Source: a bacterium (GTDB lineage: Bacteria; DRYD01). Taken from it: a stretch of DNA of 51,485 nucleotides. Of this stretch, positions 36,945 to 47,539 are shown piece by piece (position 1 is the first letter of the stretch; each line of letters starts with the position of its first letter). The notes under the pieces were generated by a model. That model had not been told where the DNA came from. It saw only the letters and a program-made list of their open reading frames with translations, and ran no database searches. The stretch lies in NCBI GenBank assembly GCA_039630415.1, contig JBCNVB010000023.1, forward strand, positions 1 to 51,485. The letters are read 5' to 3'. The translations under genes were made by a program, and so were the position numbers.

Positions 36945-38399
36945 TCAGAACTTAATATAAGTACCGATATTTAATTTTCTTTGTTTAGTAAGTACGTCTC
37001 TATATCCAACCCTTAGGTAGGCGTTAGAGAATATTTTGAAATCTGCAAAGGTATTGAGTTGAACATCTGATGGTTTGAAAATTTCTGCTGTAAAATAAAA
37101 TCTTTCAGAGAACTTTTTATCGATAGCTACCCCTAGCTCAGAATACATTAATCCTATCCTATATCTCATATCCATTTTCTGATTCCAATATGTTACTTGA
37201 AGATTTATTTGTGAGCTTTTGCCTAGATCAAACATTCCTATTCTAAATCCCTGACTGGAGTTGGGGAATATGTCTATGTCTAGACTTACAGCAGGATTAT
37301 CAGTTTTATCTTGTATTGAATCTACATAGGCACTTATTGAAGCAAATCTGAAGTCCTGTTGTTTAATAGTCTGTTCTCTTAGTTTTTTAGCAGGTGCAAG
37401 TAGAAAATCTGCAACTTCTACAACTTCTCTAAGCTTTGAAACCGATACCCTCAAATCTTCTTTAAGCTTGGAATCTTTTACTATGGATTCGACTTGTTCA
37501 GCTGAATCAGCTAAACTTTTTGACATTCTTTTTAGATTTCTTACGGTTTCAATTATATCTTGCCTAATACCAGTTTCTCTTATAAAGCTTCTTATGTCAT
37601 AAGTTATATCGTATAGGTTTTGCGAAGTCATTTTAATGTTTTCTACAATTTCTTTTATATCTCGCTGATTTTCTGAAATAGTTTGATCTATTTTTTGGGT
37701 AGAGCTAACTAAATTATTTCCTATCTTGTTTACTTTTTCGTTTATGTTTTCCACGGTAATTCTGGATGAGATTAAAAGCAAATTTATGTTATTTGAGATA
37801 ATAGTGATGTTTTTATCGAGTAGAGCAGTTAGATAGTTTATGTTCTTTCTAGTATCATAGATCAAGTATTGTAGATCTTTGGATATTGCATTTACTTTGT
37901 TTGGTAGGTCCATTTGTTGAAGAGTTTGTCTGAAGTATATTGCAGTATTTTGTAAATCTTGAAAAGCCATATAGGTTTGTCTTAATACTTGTGGCCAGTC
38001 TATCATAGGATAGGTATTTCTTGACTCAATCTCACCATCTTGGTAGTATTTATCATTTGGGATAGGTTGGATGTACAAGTACCTTTCTGTCATTATACCT
38101 CCATATATGTAAAATATTGAATTTTTGGGTATTTTGTATTTTTTGCCTACTACTATTTCAACCTTAACTGTGTAGTCTTGTTGGAAAGATATATCTTTTA
38201 CGTATCCTATTTCTACACCTGCCATGTATACCTTTGAGTCTTTAGATAATCCCGAAACGTCTTCAAAGATAAGATATAGTGTATAGTATTCTTTGAATGT
38301 TTTACCTCTTTCGAGAAAATAAAATATAATTGATATAGCTAGTATAGTTAGGAGGAAAAACCAGCCTATTTTTAGGATCAGCTTCCTTGGGTATTCCAT
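36945..38399 (-). CDS. mlaD: MCE/MlaD-family protein with long helical region and C-terminal beta-rich domain
   Basis: TM helix, then FEDVSGL..VYMAGVEIGYVKDI (MCE domain), about 200 aa of amphipathic helices, and alternating beta strands ending KLNIGTYIKF. Confidence 0.85.
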   Translation of the reverse strand: MEYPRKLILKIGWFFLLTILAISIIFYFLERGKTFKEYYTLYLIFEDVSGLSKDSKVYMAGVEIGYVKDISFQQDYTVKVEIVVGKKYKIPKNSIFYIYGGIMTERYLYIQPIPNDKYYQDGEIESRNTYPMIDWPQVLRQTYMAFQDLQNTAIYFRQTLQQMDLPNKVNAISKDLQYLIYDTRKNINYLTALLDKNITIISNNINLLLISSRITVENINEKVNKIGNNLVSSTQKIDQTISENQRDIKEIVENIKMTSQNLYDITYDIRSFIRETGIRQDIIETVRNLKRMSKSLADSAEQVESIVKDSKLKEDLRVSVSKLREVVEVADFLLAPAKKLREQTIKQQDFRFASISAYVDSIQDKTDNPAVSLDIDIFPNSSQGFRIGMFDLGKSSQINLQVTYWNQKMDMRYRIGLMYSELGVAIDKKFSERFYFTAEIFKPSDVQLNTFADFKIFSNAYLRVGYRDVLTKQRKLNIGTYIKF

Positions 38400-38417
38400 A
38401 GGGATGATTTTGCTTTT

Positions 38418-39767
38418 CTATTCGTCTTTAGTTACGGGGAAGAATTTTAGGATGTCTTTAGCAAAATAGAGTTTAATAGTTCCAGTTGGTCCATTTCTTT
38501 GCTTTGCTATTATTAGTTCTGTTATATTTGAATTTTTAGTTTCTTTTGAGTAGTATTCTTCTCTATAGAGAAACATTACCAAATCAGCTTCTTGTTCTAT
38601 AGCTCCACTTTCCCTGAGATCTGATAAAAGCGGCCTTCTATCTGCTCTTTTTTCTACTTCCCTAGATAGTTGAGAAAGAGCTATTACAGGTACGTTTAAT
38701 TCTTTTGCCAAGGATTTCAAAGAACGTGATATTTGAGAAAGTTCTTGTACTCTAGATTCTACCTTTTCTTCAGCTTTTATCAATTGCAAGTAATCGATAA
38801 ATATAGCTCCTAATTGCTTTTTCTCGACTTTTAGTTTTCTTGCCTTTATTCTTATGTCGATCGTATTTATAACTGGCGAGTCATCTATATATATTGGTTG
38901 TTCTGAAAGTATTGATATAGCTTCAGCAATCCTATCCATATCCTGTAAAGTTAAAGAGCAGTTTCTTATTTTTGATAATGGTACACTTGATTCTAGGGAT
39001 AGTAATCTTTGTGCTATTTGTTCCTTTGACATTTCTATTGAGAAAAAGATTACAGGTTGCTTAGTTTTTACTGCTATGTTATAGGATAGGTTCAGGGCAA
39101 AAGCTGTTTTACCCATACTAGGTCTTGCAGCTATTATGACTAAATCCCCTCTTTGGAGTCCCGAAGTCATCCTATCCAATTCCTCAAATCCTGTAGTTAT
39201 CCCAACTACACCATCCTGTGCCATTAATTCTATATTTTCCAATACCACTGCTAAGATATCCGATACACTGTAGTAATCCTTCGATTTACTGGAATATGAT
39301 ATATCAACTATTCTTCTTTGAGCTTTATCTAATATGGTATTTATATCGAGTTGCTCATCGTAACAATCTTGGATTGTTTGTATAGATGATCTTATGATTT
39401 TGGTTTTTATGCTCTTTGATTTTACTATGTCTATGTAGTGGTGTGGTGATTTTACAATTGATAGTATATCTAACAAAGAAGCTACGTATTCAATACCTCC
39501 GACAAATTCCAATTCTTTTTCGAGTTTTAGATGTTTAATTTCATTTGAAATGGATATTACGTCAATGGGTATGTTTTTTTGATATAAACTCAGTACAGCT
39601 TTATATATTGCTTTATTTTCAGGCCAAAAAAAATCGTCTGGCTCTATAGCTTCAATTACTTGGGGTAATATGTTAGGATTGTAAATTATTGATGAAAGTA
39701 AAGCTTTTTCTGCTTGATTATCATTGGGTAACTGATTATCACTTAGATTCTTAATTATTTGTTTCAT
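38418..39767 (-). CDS. dnaB: Replicative DNA helicase
   Basis: AARPSMGKT, SIEM, IDYLQL, ALSQLSR, SDLRESGAIEQEAD and AKQRNGPTG. Confidence 0.97.
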   Translation of the reverse strand: MKQIIKNLSDNQLPNDNQAEKALLSSIIYNPNILPQVIEAIEPDDFFWPENKAIYKAVLSLYQKNIPIDVISISNEIKHLKLEKELEFVGGIEYVASLLDILSIVKSPHHYIDIVKSKSIKTKIIRSSIQTIQDCYDEQLDINTILDKAQRRIVDISYSSKSKDYYSVSDILAVVLENIELMAQDGVVGITTGFEELDRMTSGLQRGDLVIIAARPSMGKTAFALNLSYNIAVKTKQPVIFFSIEMSKEQIAQRLLSLESSVPLSKIRNCSLTLQDMDRIAEAISILSEQPIYIDDSPVINTIDIRIKARKLKVEKKQLGAIFIDYLQLIKAEEKVESRVQELSQISRSLKSLAKELNVPVIALSQLSREVEKRADRRPLLSDLRESGAIEQEADLVMFLYREEYYSKETKNSNITELIIAKQRNGPTGTIKLYFAKDILKFFPVTKDE

Positions 39768-40173
39768 CTTCTAGGTTAATAATTCTTAGACCTTGCTCGA
39801 CTTTCATGCTTCCTACTTTTATGTGGGTAATATTTCCGTCGGTAAATACTAGAAATATTTCCTTGTATCCTTCTATTTGAGTTTTTAAAGATTGTTTAAA
39901 TTTTTCGTGGAATTGTTTCCATTTTTCATCGGGTTCAAGAAGTTCGAGCTTGAAATATTCTTCTTGTAGAGAAGTTATTAGTTTTAAAACTACGTCTTTT
40001 GCTTTCTTAACGACCGGATCATCTAAATCTATGCGTTGACTTTTTGATGAAGAGAATTGATTAAGTAGATTTACTAAATTTTTCATCATTTTTTGTTCTA
40101 CAACTAACTCTTGTTGAATTTTTTCGATATTTTCTATTATTTCTGCTACTTTGTCGAGATAAGTGTTACTCAT
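39751..40173 (-). CDS. Hypothetical helical-bundle protein
   Basis: Fills the gap between menG and dnaB with short overlaps at both ends; start moved from 40200 to ATG 40173 (MSNTYLD). Confidence 0.65.
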   Translation of the reverse strand: MSNTYLDKVAEIIENIEKIQQELVVEQKMMKNLVNLLNQFSSSKSQRIDLDDPVVKKAKDVVLKLITSLQEEYFKLELLEPDEKWKQFHEKFKQSLKTQIEGYKEIFLVFTDGNITHIKVGSMKVEQGLRIINLEDETNN

Positions 40174-40864
40174 AGGATATATGTATACAAGCCATTCCAA
40201 ACAAAAGAGGTTTTGCTATAACTTGTTTATATCCTATTTTTTTGAGGATTTCGGATAATTCTTCATAACCGGGAAAAGACATTATGGTTTTGAAATACTC
40301 TTTGTTGTAGTGAGGGAAAAAAATACTGCCCAGTATCATTATTATGAAGTAAAGGTAGGAATAGTATAGGAATTTTATTATGGGATTTTTAGGATGAGAG
40401 GTTTCCAAATTAAGAAGCTTTTTTGATACTCTTAGTATTTCTTTTAAATATTCTTCAAAATTTTTCTCTCCTTCAAAGAGACTTCTAGCTCCGAATGACA
40501 TAGTTGACAGATCAAAAACTTTGTCCTTGAAAGGCATAGAACCTATATCACCCATTATTGGAATTATACTTTGGTAATCTTTAGATTTTTGAATCATTTT
40601 TTTCAACATTCCAAAGGAAACGTCAAATCCTATGACTTTGAGTTGTTTATGTTTTTTAGTTTTTTTATATACTCCTATAGCTATGTCACCAGTGCCACAA
40701 CATAAGTCCAATAAATACTTATCCCGATCACCTATATTATTAATCGTTTCTTTTACTAGCTCACTTCTCCAATATATGGTAACACCCAAACTCATGGTAT
40801 AGCTAATAAGATCATAGAATTTAGAAAGTATATCGAAAGCTCTAGCTATTTTTTTTAACTCCAT
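40166..40864 (-). CDS. menG: UbiE/MenG-family quinone biosynthesis C-methyltransferase
   Basis: FDILSKFYD..MSLG..WR, LDLCCGTGD, MPFKD and SFGAR. Confidence 0.8.
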   Translation of the reverse strand: MELKKIARAFDILSKFYDLISYTMSLGVTIYWRSELVKETINNIGDRDKYLLDLCCGTGDIAIGVYKKTKKHKQLKVIGFDVSFGMLKKMIQKSKDYQSIIPIMGDIGSMPFKDKVFDLSTMSFGARSLFEGEKNFEEYLKEILRVSKKLLNLETSHPKNPIIKFLYYSYLYFIIMILGSIFFPHYNKEYFKTIMSFPGYEELSEILKKIGYKQVIAKPLLFGMACIHISYE

Positions 40865-40987
40865 ACAATGAATCCGTTATTTTGTATTTCGATAATAGAA
40901 ACAATCCATCCTCCAAATACTGCAGGGTTGAAATACTTAATCATAGAATATCTAAAACTAGAATTATTCAAACCTGTTTTGTGGGAT

Positions 40988-42067
40988 ATGATTAGAATAT
41001 TAATACTCATAATTCTAACAATAGCCTATGCAAATTCAAACAATAACCTTTTTGTGATAGACTCTAAACTATATTCCATACAAGATGAGAAAAAATTTCT
41101 ACTAGCAGAAAATATTGTTGATATATTCAATTACGATAATAAAACTTATCTAGTTCAACAAAACGGGGACAATCTAACCATTCTCAAAGTTACGAGATAT
41201 AAATTTATACCCTTCATAAACAACAAGACATTTCTGAGAAATGTTACAACAATTAAAAACTTAGATAACCTTATAGGAGTGGAGGTTAAAAAAAATAAAA
41301 TTTTCCTGGTAGCAGAAAATAAGATTATAACCCTAAATCCCAATTTCAAAGTAGAAAATGAAATTGCGTTAGTATCTTTTAAAACTACCTTTCTTTCCAA
41401 TAGCATACTAACATTAAAGAATTCAAGTAGTTACTACATATACGATATAGAGAATTTAAATAAACCTTTATTTAATGTATCCAAAGGTTTTGTTCTGCAA
41501 ATATCAAAAATCAACGATTACTATTTAGGATTGATTTTACAAAAATCTGAAGAAGATAAACTTGAAAACGAGTATACTCTAGAAATAGCTATATTCACTA
41601 ACCAAAATAATACTTTCCATCCATACACATTACTTCAAAAGAAAGTTAAAGTATCCTACGATTCAATCTATTATTTCATACCTATTCAAAACAAATATAT
41701 TATTCTTCAAGAAAAAGATGAATCAAATATTTATGAACTAGATATGACAAACAAACAAAACCCTTCGCTAAAAGGATTCAAAAAAATAAATAGTTTTTAT
41801 AGCTATTTTGAGGACAACCTACTTTTTACAATAAATTCCGAAAATCTTACAATATATGACCTACAGGGTAACGAATTTAATCCTCTGCTATCAATACCTA
41901 ATGTGAATCTCATCTTCTATTCAAAAGGAACTCTTTACTATTTGCAATATAATTCCCAATTTGGTATATGGAAACTAAGCTCTATTAACTTCTATAAGAA
42001 CAGTATAACAAACAATGATTTGAACATACCATTTTATAGTCTTCCCGAGGAGGTAATACCTTTATGA
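40988..42067 (+). CDS. Secreted beta-rich hypothetical protein (propeller/LVIVD-like)
   Basis: Start moved from 40868 to ATG 40988, giving the signal peptide MIRILILIILTIAYA; repeats such as YIYDIENLNKP, YELDMTNKQNP and TIYDLQGNEFNP. Confidence 0.6.
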   Translation: MIRILILIILTIAYANSNNNLFVIDSKLYSIQDEKKFLLAENIVDIFNYDNKTYLVQQNGDNLTILKVTRYKFIPFINNKTFLRNVTTIKNLDNLIGVEVKKNKIFLVAENKIITLNPNFKVENEIALVSFKTTFLSNSILTLKNSSSYYIYDIENLNKPLFNVSKGFVLQISKINDYYLGLILQKSEEDKLENEYTLEIAIFTNQNNTFHPYTLLQKKVKVSYDSIYYFIPIQNKYIILQEKDESNIYELDMTNKQNPSLKGFKKINSFYSYFEDNLLFTINSENLTIYDLQGNEFNPLLSIPNVNLIFYSKGTLYYLQYNSQFGIWKLSSINFYKNSITNNDLNIPFYSLPEEVIPL

Positions 42068-43122
42068 GTTTTAAAGATTTATACTTTCAATGCATGAACT
42101 TGCATAAAGAGATACAAAAAAACAGATACTTTAGTGCTACGCATGAGGAGATAGATAACGCATTAACAACAGATATATATTTTGTAAGGACGAGTTATTT
42201 ACTAGAAGCAGCAGGTAAAGTTGATAGTTTTGTATGTGCAGAGATTTTTGCTAATGATCAGGGAGTTTTTGCTGGCTTACAAGAAGTTTTACATCTACTC
42301 AGAAACAAAAATGTAACTATAGAAGCTTTAGAAGAGGGAGAAGAATTTGAATACAAAGAAGTAGTTATGAGAATATCTGGTCCATACAATCAGTTTGGAT
42401 ACTTAGAGACTCCGATTTTGGGTTTTTTGTCTTCTTCATCTAACTGGGCTACAGCTGCAAGATTGTGTAAAAAAGCAGCAAATGGTAAAAAAGTGATATG
42501 TTTTGGAGCTAGATTTGTTCACCCTGCCTGCGCACCAGTTATGGAAAGAGCAGCACTTATAGGTGGAGTAGATGATGTTAGCTGCATCTTGGGTGCTTCC
42601 TTGTATAGCAAAGAGCCCAGAGGAACTATCCCACACGCATTCATCATTATCCTACAAGATACCCTTGAAGCAGCCAAACTTTTTGATCAATATATAGAAC
42701 CACACGTACCACGAATTATACTAGTAGATACCTTCAAAGATGAAGCTGAAGAATCTATAAGGATAGCCAAATTTTTCAAAGAAATGGGAAAAAAGCTGGA
42801 TGGTATAAGGCTTGATACACCAAAAGAAAGGGGCAGAGTTACTCCTGAATTAGTTTATGAGGTGAAGCAGCGGCTTAAAATGGAAGGATTTGAAGATATT
42901 TTGATCGTTGTATCTGGAGGACTAGATCCAGAAAGAATCTCAATCCTGGAAAAAGCCGGAGCAGACGTATTCGGAGTAGGTAGCTTTATCGCTTCCTATA
43001 ACAAAATTCAATTCACTATGGACTTAAAACAAGTAAATGGCAAAAACATAGCAAAAAGAGGTAGAATACCAGGTATAACACCTAATCCTAAACTTAAAGT
43101 CTTTAAAGAATATACCAAATGA
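42064..43122 (+). CDS. pncB: Nicotinate phosphoribosyltransferase (short archaeal/Thermotoga-like type)
   Basis: TDIYF, FGAR, GTIPH, LVDTF, IRLDT, VSGG and FGVGS. Confidence 0.88.
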   Translation: MSFKDLYFQCMNLHKEIQKNRYFSATHEEIDNALTTDIYFVRTSYLLEAAGKVDSFVCAEIFANDQGVFAGLQEVLHLLRNKNVTIEALEEGEEFEYKEVVMRISGPYNQFGYLETPILGFLSSSSNWATAARLCKKAANGKKVICFGARFVHPACAPVMERAALIGGVDDVSCILGASLYSKEPRGTIPHAFIIILQDTLEAAKLFDQYIEPHVPRIILVDTFKDEAEESIRIAKFFKEMGKKLDGIRLDTPKERGRVTPELVYEVKQRLKMEGFEDILIVVSGGLDPERISILEKAGADVFGVGSFIASYNKIQFTMDLKQVNGKNIAKRGRIPGITPNPKLKVFKEYTK

Positions 43123-43127
43123 AAGTT

Positions 43128-44117
43128 TTAATTCCCAAAAATCTGAATTGTTTCCCATTTCTGCCCCACATGAGAATACATTTTCAAAGGTATTAAGTGT
43201 TTTACTAAAACTGTTGCAAAACATCCCCTGCCTAGAACGAATTCTAACACTATCTTTACCCTATTAGATGATAATTCATCATCACTAATTTCATATTTGA
43301 ACTGATCAATACTACATGTTAGAGTTCTACCCTGATAATTACGGTTTCTAATTTCATATATAATTTTTTCAAAACCCTCATCTAAAATAGGAACAACCAT
43401 TACGTTATTTTTGTGATAAAATCTAAGTCTAGTATTAATTCTTAGTTTCTCAACTAGATGTATTACTTTTTTACAAAGTTGCAAGTTAAAATCAACGGCT
43501 AGTTTGATATTTTGTTCTCTTTCAGTTGTAAAATAAAACCTTTTAGTGTAACTTTCTTTACTTCTTTTTACAGTATATTCAAAACCATCTAGAAAGTCTT
43601 TTAGCTCTTGTAAATTTTTAAAACTAGGTTTGTAATATACGATGCTAATTCTTTGACTGTCATAGTAGTTAAGAAAAACCGAAATTTTTGAAATTTTCTT
43701 GAGGTTTTCGATAAATTCAGGCAACTCTCTTTTGTCTATGTCTCTTATGGTTATCCTAAACTTGTTTCCCCTAATATGATCGGATGAGATTTTGCTTTTG
43801 ATGAATGAAATGAATTCAACTTGCATATTTTTAAAGTTGGTTTTACTTAAAATTTCTATTATTTGCTGTATTTGATTATGCTGGATAAGAATAAACTGTG
43901 TTGATAGAGAATATTTATCTTTTAGTCCCCAGAAGTTTATTTTGGGTTTAATTTTATGGAGATGTAAAACGTTGTAAATTTTTTGGATAGCAAAAAGAGT
44001 ATTAATGTTTTTTTTGGTTATTTTAAATAATGCCATGTTGCCTTTGGGTGCTATTAGATTTTGATAGTTTACAATTTCTTCAACGATAAAATCTTCAGGT
44101 ATGCACTTTATTTTCAT
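43128..44117 (-). CDS. truD: tRNA pseudouridine(13) synthase TruD, compact form
   Basis: PEDFIVEE, GLKDK (catalytic Asp), GNKFRITIR, NYYDSQR and FVLGRGCFAT. Confidence 0.85.
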   Translation of the reverse strand: MKIKCIPEDFIVEEIVNYQNLIAPKGNMALFKITKKNINTLFAIQKIYNVLHLHKIKPKINFWGLKDKYSLSTQFILIQHNQIQQIIEILSKTNFKNMQVEFISFIKSKISSDHIRGNKFRITIRDIDKRELPEFIENLKKISKISVFLNYYDSQRISIVYYKPSFKNLQELKDFLDGFEYTVKRSKESYTKRFYFTTEREQNIKLAVDFNLQLCKKVIHLVEKLRINTRLRFYHKNNVMVVPILDEGFEKIIYEIRNRNYQGRTLTCSIDQFKYEISDDELSSNRVKIVLEFVLGRGCFATVLVKHLIPLKMYSHVGQKWETIQIFGN

Positions 44118-44122
44118 TATTT

Positions 44123-45775
44123 TTATGATAGAATAGACAGGAAGAAAGAGAATAGAGGATGTGGTTTAAGTACTCTGGAGTTGAATTCTGGATGAAATTG
44201 AACTCCTAAAAAAAACGCTTTGTCCTTTAATTCTATTATTTCTACCAAATTAGTTTCTGGATTAACTCCACTTATTATCATTCCATTCCTTTCCAACTCC
44301 TCTTTGTATTTTTCAAGAAATTCCAGATTAATTTCATATCTATGTCTATGTCTTTCTGTGATTAGGGAGGTATTATATACTTTGAATGCTAAGGTATTTG
44401 GTTTAACATAGCAAAGGTATTCTCCTAGTCTCATAGTTCCACCGAGATTAGTAATGTTTTTTTGATTTTTTAGTAGATCCACTACAGGTAGAGGAGTATT
44501 GGGATCAAATTCAGTAGAGTTAGCCATTTTAAGCCCCAATACATTTCTAACAAACTCTATAAACATCAATTGTAGTCCTAGACATATTCCAAGCGTTGGA
44601 ATATTGTTTTCTCTTGCCCACTTTATAGCTTTAATCTTTCCCTCTATTCCACGCGTACCAAAACCACCAGCTATTACTATTCCCTTAACGGATTGAAATA
44701 TTCTTTTAAGATCTGTATAATCTATCTTTGAATCCTGTAGTTTTTCGGAATCTATCCATTCTACTTCTAAACTCAGGTTATTGTGTATAGATGAATGTAG
44801 TAAAGCTTCACTTAAACTTTTATATGAATCTTTCAATTTGGTATATTTACCTACTATTCCAACTTTTACTTTCTTTAGCCTTCTTAAATTACAGAAAAAT
44901 AGATTGATTTTGTTCCACTTAGTAGTTTTTGTTGTTATAAAGCTTTTGCTAGGAATCTTTAATTTCAACATTTTAAGTAAAGATTTATGAAATTTGTTTC
45001 TTAGGAGGTAGAAAGGTAATTGATATATGTATTTAAGGTTTGGTATTTGAATAACCTGTTTAGGATTAAGATTTGAAAAGAGTGCTATTTTGTTTGTTAC
45101 ATTTTTTATATTGGTTGGCTGATTTTTAGAGCTTATTTTTGTATTTTTATCAGTTCGGTAAAGAATGAAATCTGGTTGTATTCCTATAGATAGGAGTTCC
45201 CTTACTGAGTGTTGAGTAGGTTTAGTTTTGAGTTCTTGCGTATTGGGGGCCATTGGTACATAAGTTATGTGAATAAATATAGTTTGTGGATCTTCTATTT
45301 TTATTTGTCTAGCTGCTTCGAGAAATGGTAGGCTTTCGATATCTCCAACTGTACCACCTATTTCAACTATTCCAACATCATATTCTTTGATTTTTGAATA
45401 TATTTTTTGTTTTATCTGATTGGTTACATGGGGTATTACTTGTATGGTTTGTCCAAGGAATTCACCTTTCCTTTCTTTTTCTATGACTTCGAGGTATATT
45501 TGTCCACTTGTTATATTATTTTGTTTACTAAATTTAATGTTAGTAAATCTTTCGTAGTGTCCTATATCGAGGTCCGTTTCTCCACCGTCAAAAGTTACAA
45601 ATACTTCTCCATGCTCAAATGGATTCATGGTACCTGCATCGACATTTAGGTAAGGATCTAGCTTTAAAACCGTTACTTTCAAACCAATCTCTTCCAGTAT
45701 TGATGCTATTGAAGCTGTTATTACTCCCTTACCTAATGAAGAAATTACTCCACCAGTTATAAATATTACCCTCAA
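44123..45775 (-). CDS. pyrG: CTP synthase
   Basis: TGGVISSLGKG, KLDPYLNVDAGTM, KTKPTQHSV, GICLG, ERHRHRYE and QFHPE; TTG start. Confidence 0.97.
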   Translation of the reverse strand: MRVIFITGGVISSLGKGVITASIASILEEIGLKVTVLKLDPYLNVDAGTMNPFEHGEVFVTFDGGETDLDIGHYERFTNIKFSKQNNITSGQIYLEVIEKERKGEFLGQTIQVIPHVTNQIKQKIYSKIKEYDVGIVEIGGTVGDIESLPFLEAARQIKIEDPQTIFIHITYVPMAPNTQELKTKPTQHSVRELLSIGIQPDFILYRTDKNTKISSKNQPTNIKNVTNKIALFSNLNPKQVIQIPNLKYIYQLPFYLLRNKFHKSLLKMLKLKIPSKSFITTKTTKWNKINLFFCNLRRLKKVKVGIVGKYTKLKDSYKSLSEALLHSSIHNNLSLEVEWIDSEKLQDSKIDYTDLKRIFQSVKGIVIAGGFGTRGIEGKIKAIKWARENNIPTLGICLGLQLMFIEFVRNVLGLKMANSTEFDPNTPLPVVDLLKNQKNITNLGGTMRLGEYLCYVKPNTLAFKVYNTSLITERHRHRYEINLEFLEKYKEELERNGMIISGVNPETNLVEIIELKDKAFFLGVQFHPEFNSRVLKPHPLFSFFLSILS

Positions 45776-45777
45776 TT

Positions 45778-47505
45778 TTATTCTCTCTGCGTATCTATTT
45801 CCATCTCTTCAATTTTTAGTTTTGGAACTATATCCTTGGACGACAAATACCTTATTGCTTGCTCCTTAGGTATTTTTTCTGTCTTAACTAGGTAACCTAT
45901 ACTCTCATTATACGTTTGTGTTTCAGTATTTTCTGTCGAGTCTATATATTCTACAAGCTTTTTAAGATCACCATTACTGATAAGCCTTCTTATATTTTCG
46001 TCTACAAATACTATTTGAATTATCGGTATTTGATCATCTAATAGTTTATGTTCAATATAAATCTTTAGTGTTTTTAGCAAGAACTCATCATTGTATTCCT
46101 GATAAAAAGATATAATGTTGTCATAATCCAGAGAAAGTAGGAAAACTGTATTGAAACTATTCCTTGAGATCATTTTAATTAAGTTCTTACTCAGATTAGA
46201 TGCATTTATAACTACTAGATCATAATCATACGATCTGTTAACTAATTCTTCAATAATTTGCTCGTTATCAAAATGTTCGTACTGATCTATGATACTTTTT
46301 TGCTGCTTATATATAAACTCGAACTTCCTATCAATTACAGCTATTCTTCTTACTGTTGCTTTGTTAATGTGATCAATAAGTATCGAAAGAATCTCATTTT
46401 TAAATCTACTTATTCCTAGTAATACCACGAGATTACTAAGGTTTGATATTAGAGTGTTTATATCAATTATAGGTAAATCGGATATATCCCTATCTACTAT
46501 GTTTATTTTATCTATCTTAAGCAAGTAGTCGTATAAATTTCGCTGACAAGTTACCGTGTAGATATTTTGATTTATTTTTCTTATTTTTCTGAGATATCCC
46601 TGATTATTAAATACTTCTGCCTCTTGATCAGTTAGAAGTGAATGAATGAAATTTAAAACATCTCCATTTTTAAGATATACTTTACCTACCAATAAGTTTT
46701 GATTTGGAGATCTTATTATGGGCTTTGCTGAACTCTTTATGATTAATTCCTTTGCTTTATAGGTTTCCATTACTGAAAGCAAATCATCTAGATTATACGG
46801 TAGATTCTCTGTTATTTCGATATCTACTTGATAATCCAATAATTGCGATGGTCTGTAATTTTTAGATTGATTAAAAATTTGATAGATGGTACTTTGCAGT
46901 TCAACTATTCTTTTTGTCTGTTCAAAATCTATCTCATTTTTTATGCTATCGATAGTTTCAATCCTTTGAAATTTATTCTCTATTTCACCTAACTTTTTAC
47001 CTATTTCTATTAATTTTTGTTCTACTTCTAAGAGCTTTACTGTTTGAGCCTCATCAACTTTTGACTGATAGTTCTCAAAAAACTCTGATATTTTCTCCTC
47101 TACTTTTGTTTCTAATTGATTATTAAGCTTATTGAGAGTAGTTTTTATTTGTATTAACTCTTGTTGAGTATTGTGTATGACTTTTTCTTGTATCATATCA
47201 TCAAGCATGGAAATTTTTGAGACAAGATGATTAATTATACTAGATTTTTCCTTTAGGTTTTCCTGTTCTTGTTTTATTTGATTAATCTCATGTAGTATAC
47301 TCTTTTCATTCATAGTTAGTATATCATGAATATCCCGTATTGCTTTATAGAGCATAGTTACATTTGATTCTAGTTCTTCTAGCTTAGTTTTTAGGTTTTG
47401 ATAATTTAGATTTAGTTGATTAATTTTTTCTGGTTCTGGCATATTAGAAAGCATGTCTAGTATCTCTTGTATTACCTTTTGATTAGTTTTGTCTTTTTTA
47501 GACAT
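45778..47505 (-). CDS. Coiled-coil protein fused to a degenerate PilT/PilU-like ATPase fold
   Basis: About 230 aa of coiled coil, then a sequence colinear with PilT from LDDLL (about residue 239) to [21 protein letters not shown]; Walker motifs are lost; SD GAAGGGGGTG. Confidence 0.7.
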   Translation of the reverse strand: [575 protein letters not shown]

Positions 47506-47539
47506 TAGAGCACCCCCTTCAAGAATCTCATCGAAAGCT

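Noticed and set aside
38418..39767. Intein in DnaB
   Set aside because: Normal 449-aa length with contiguous helicase motifs.
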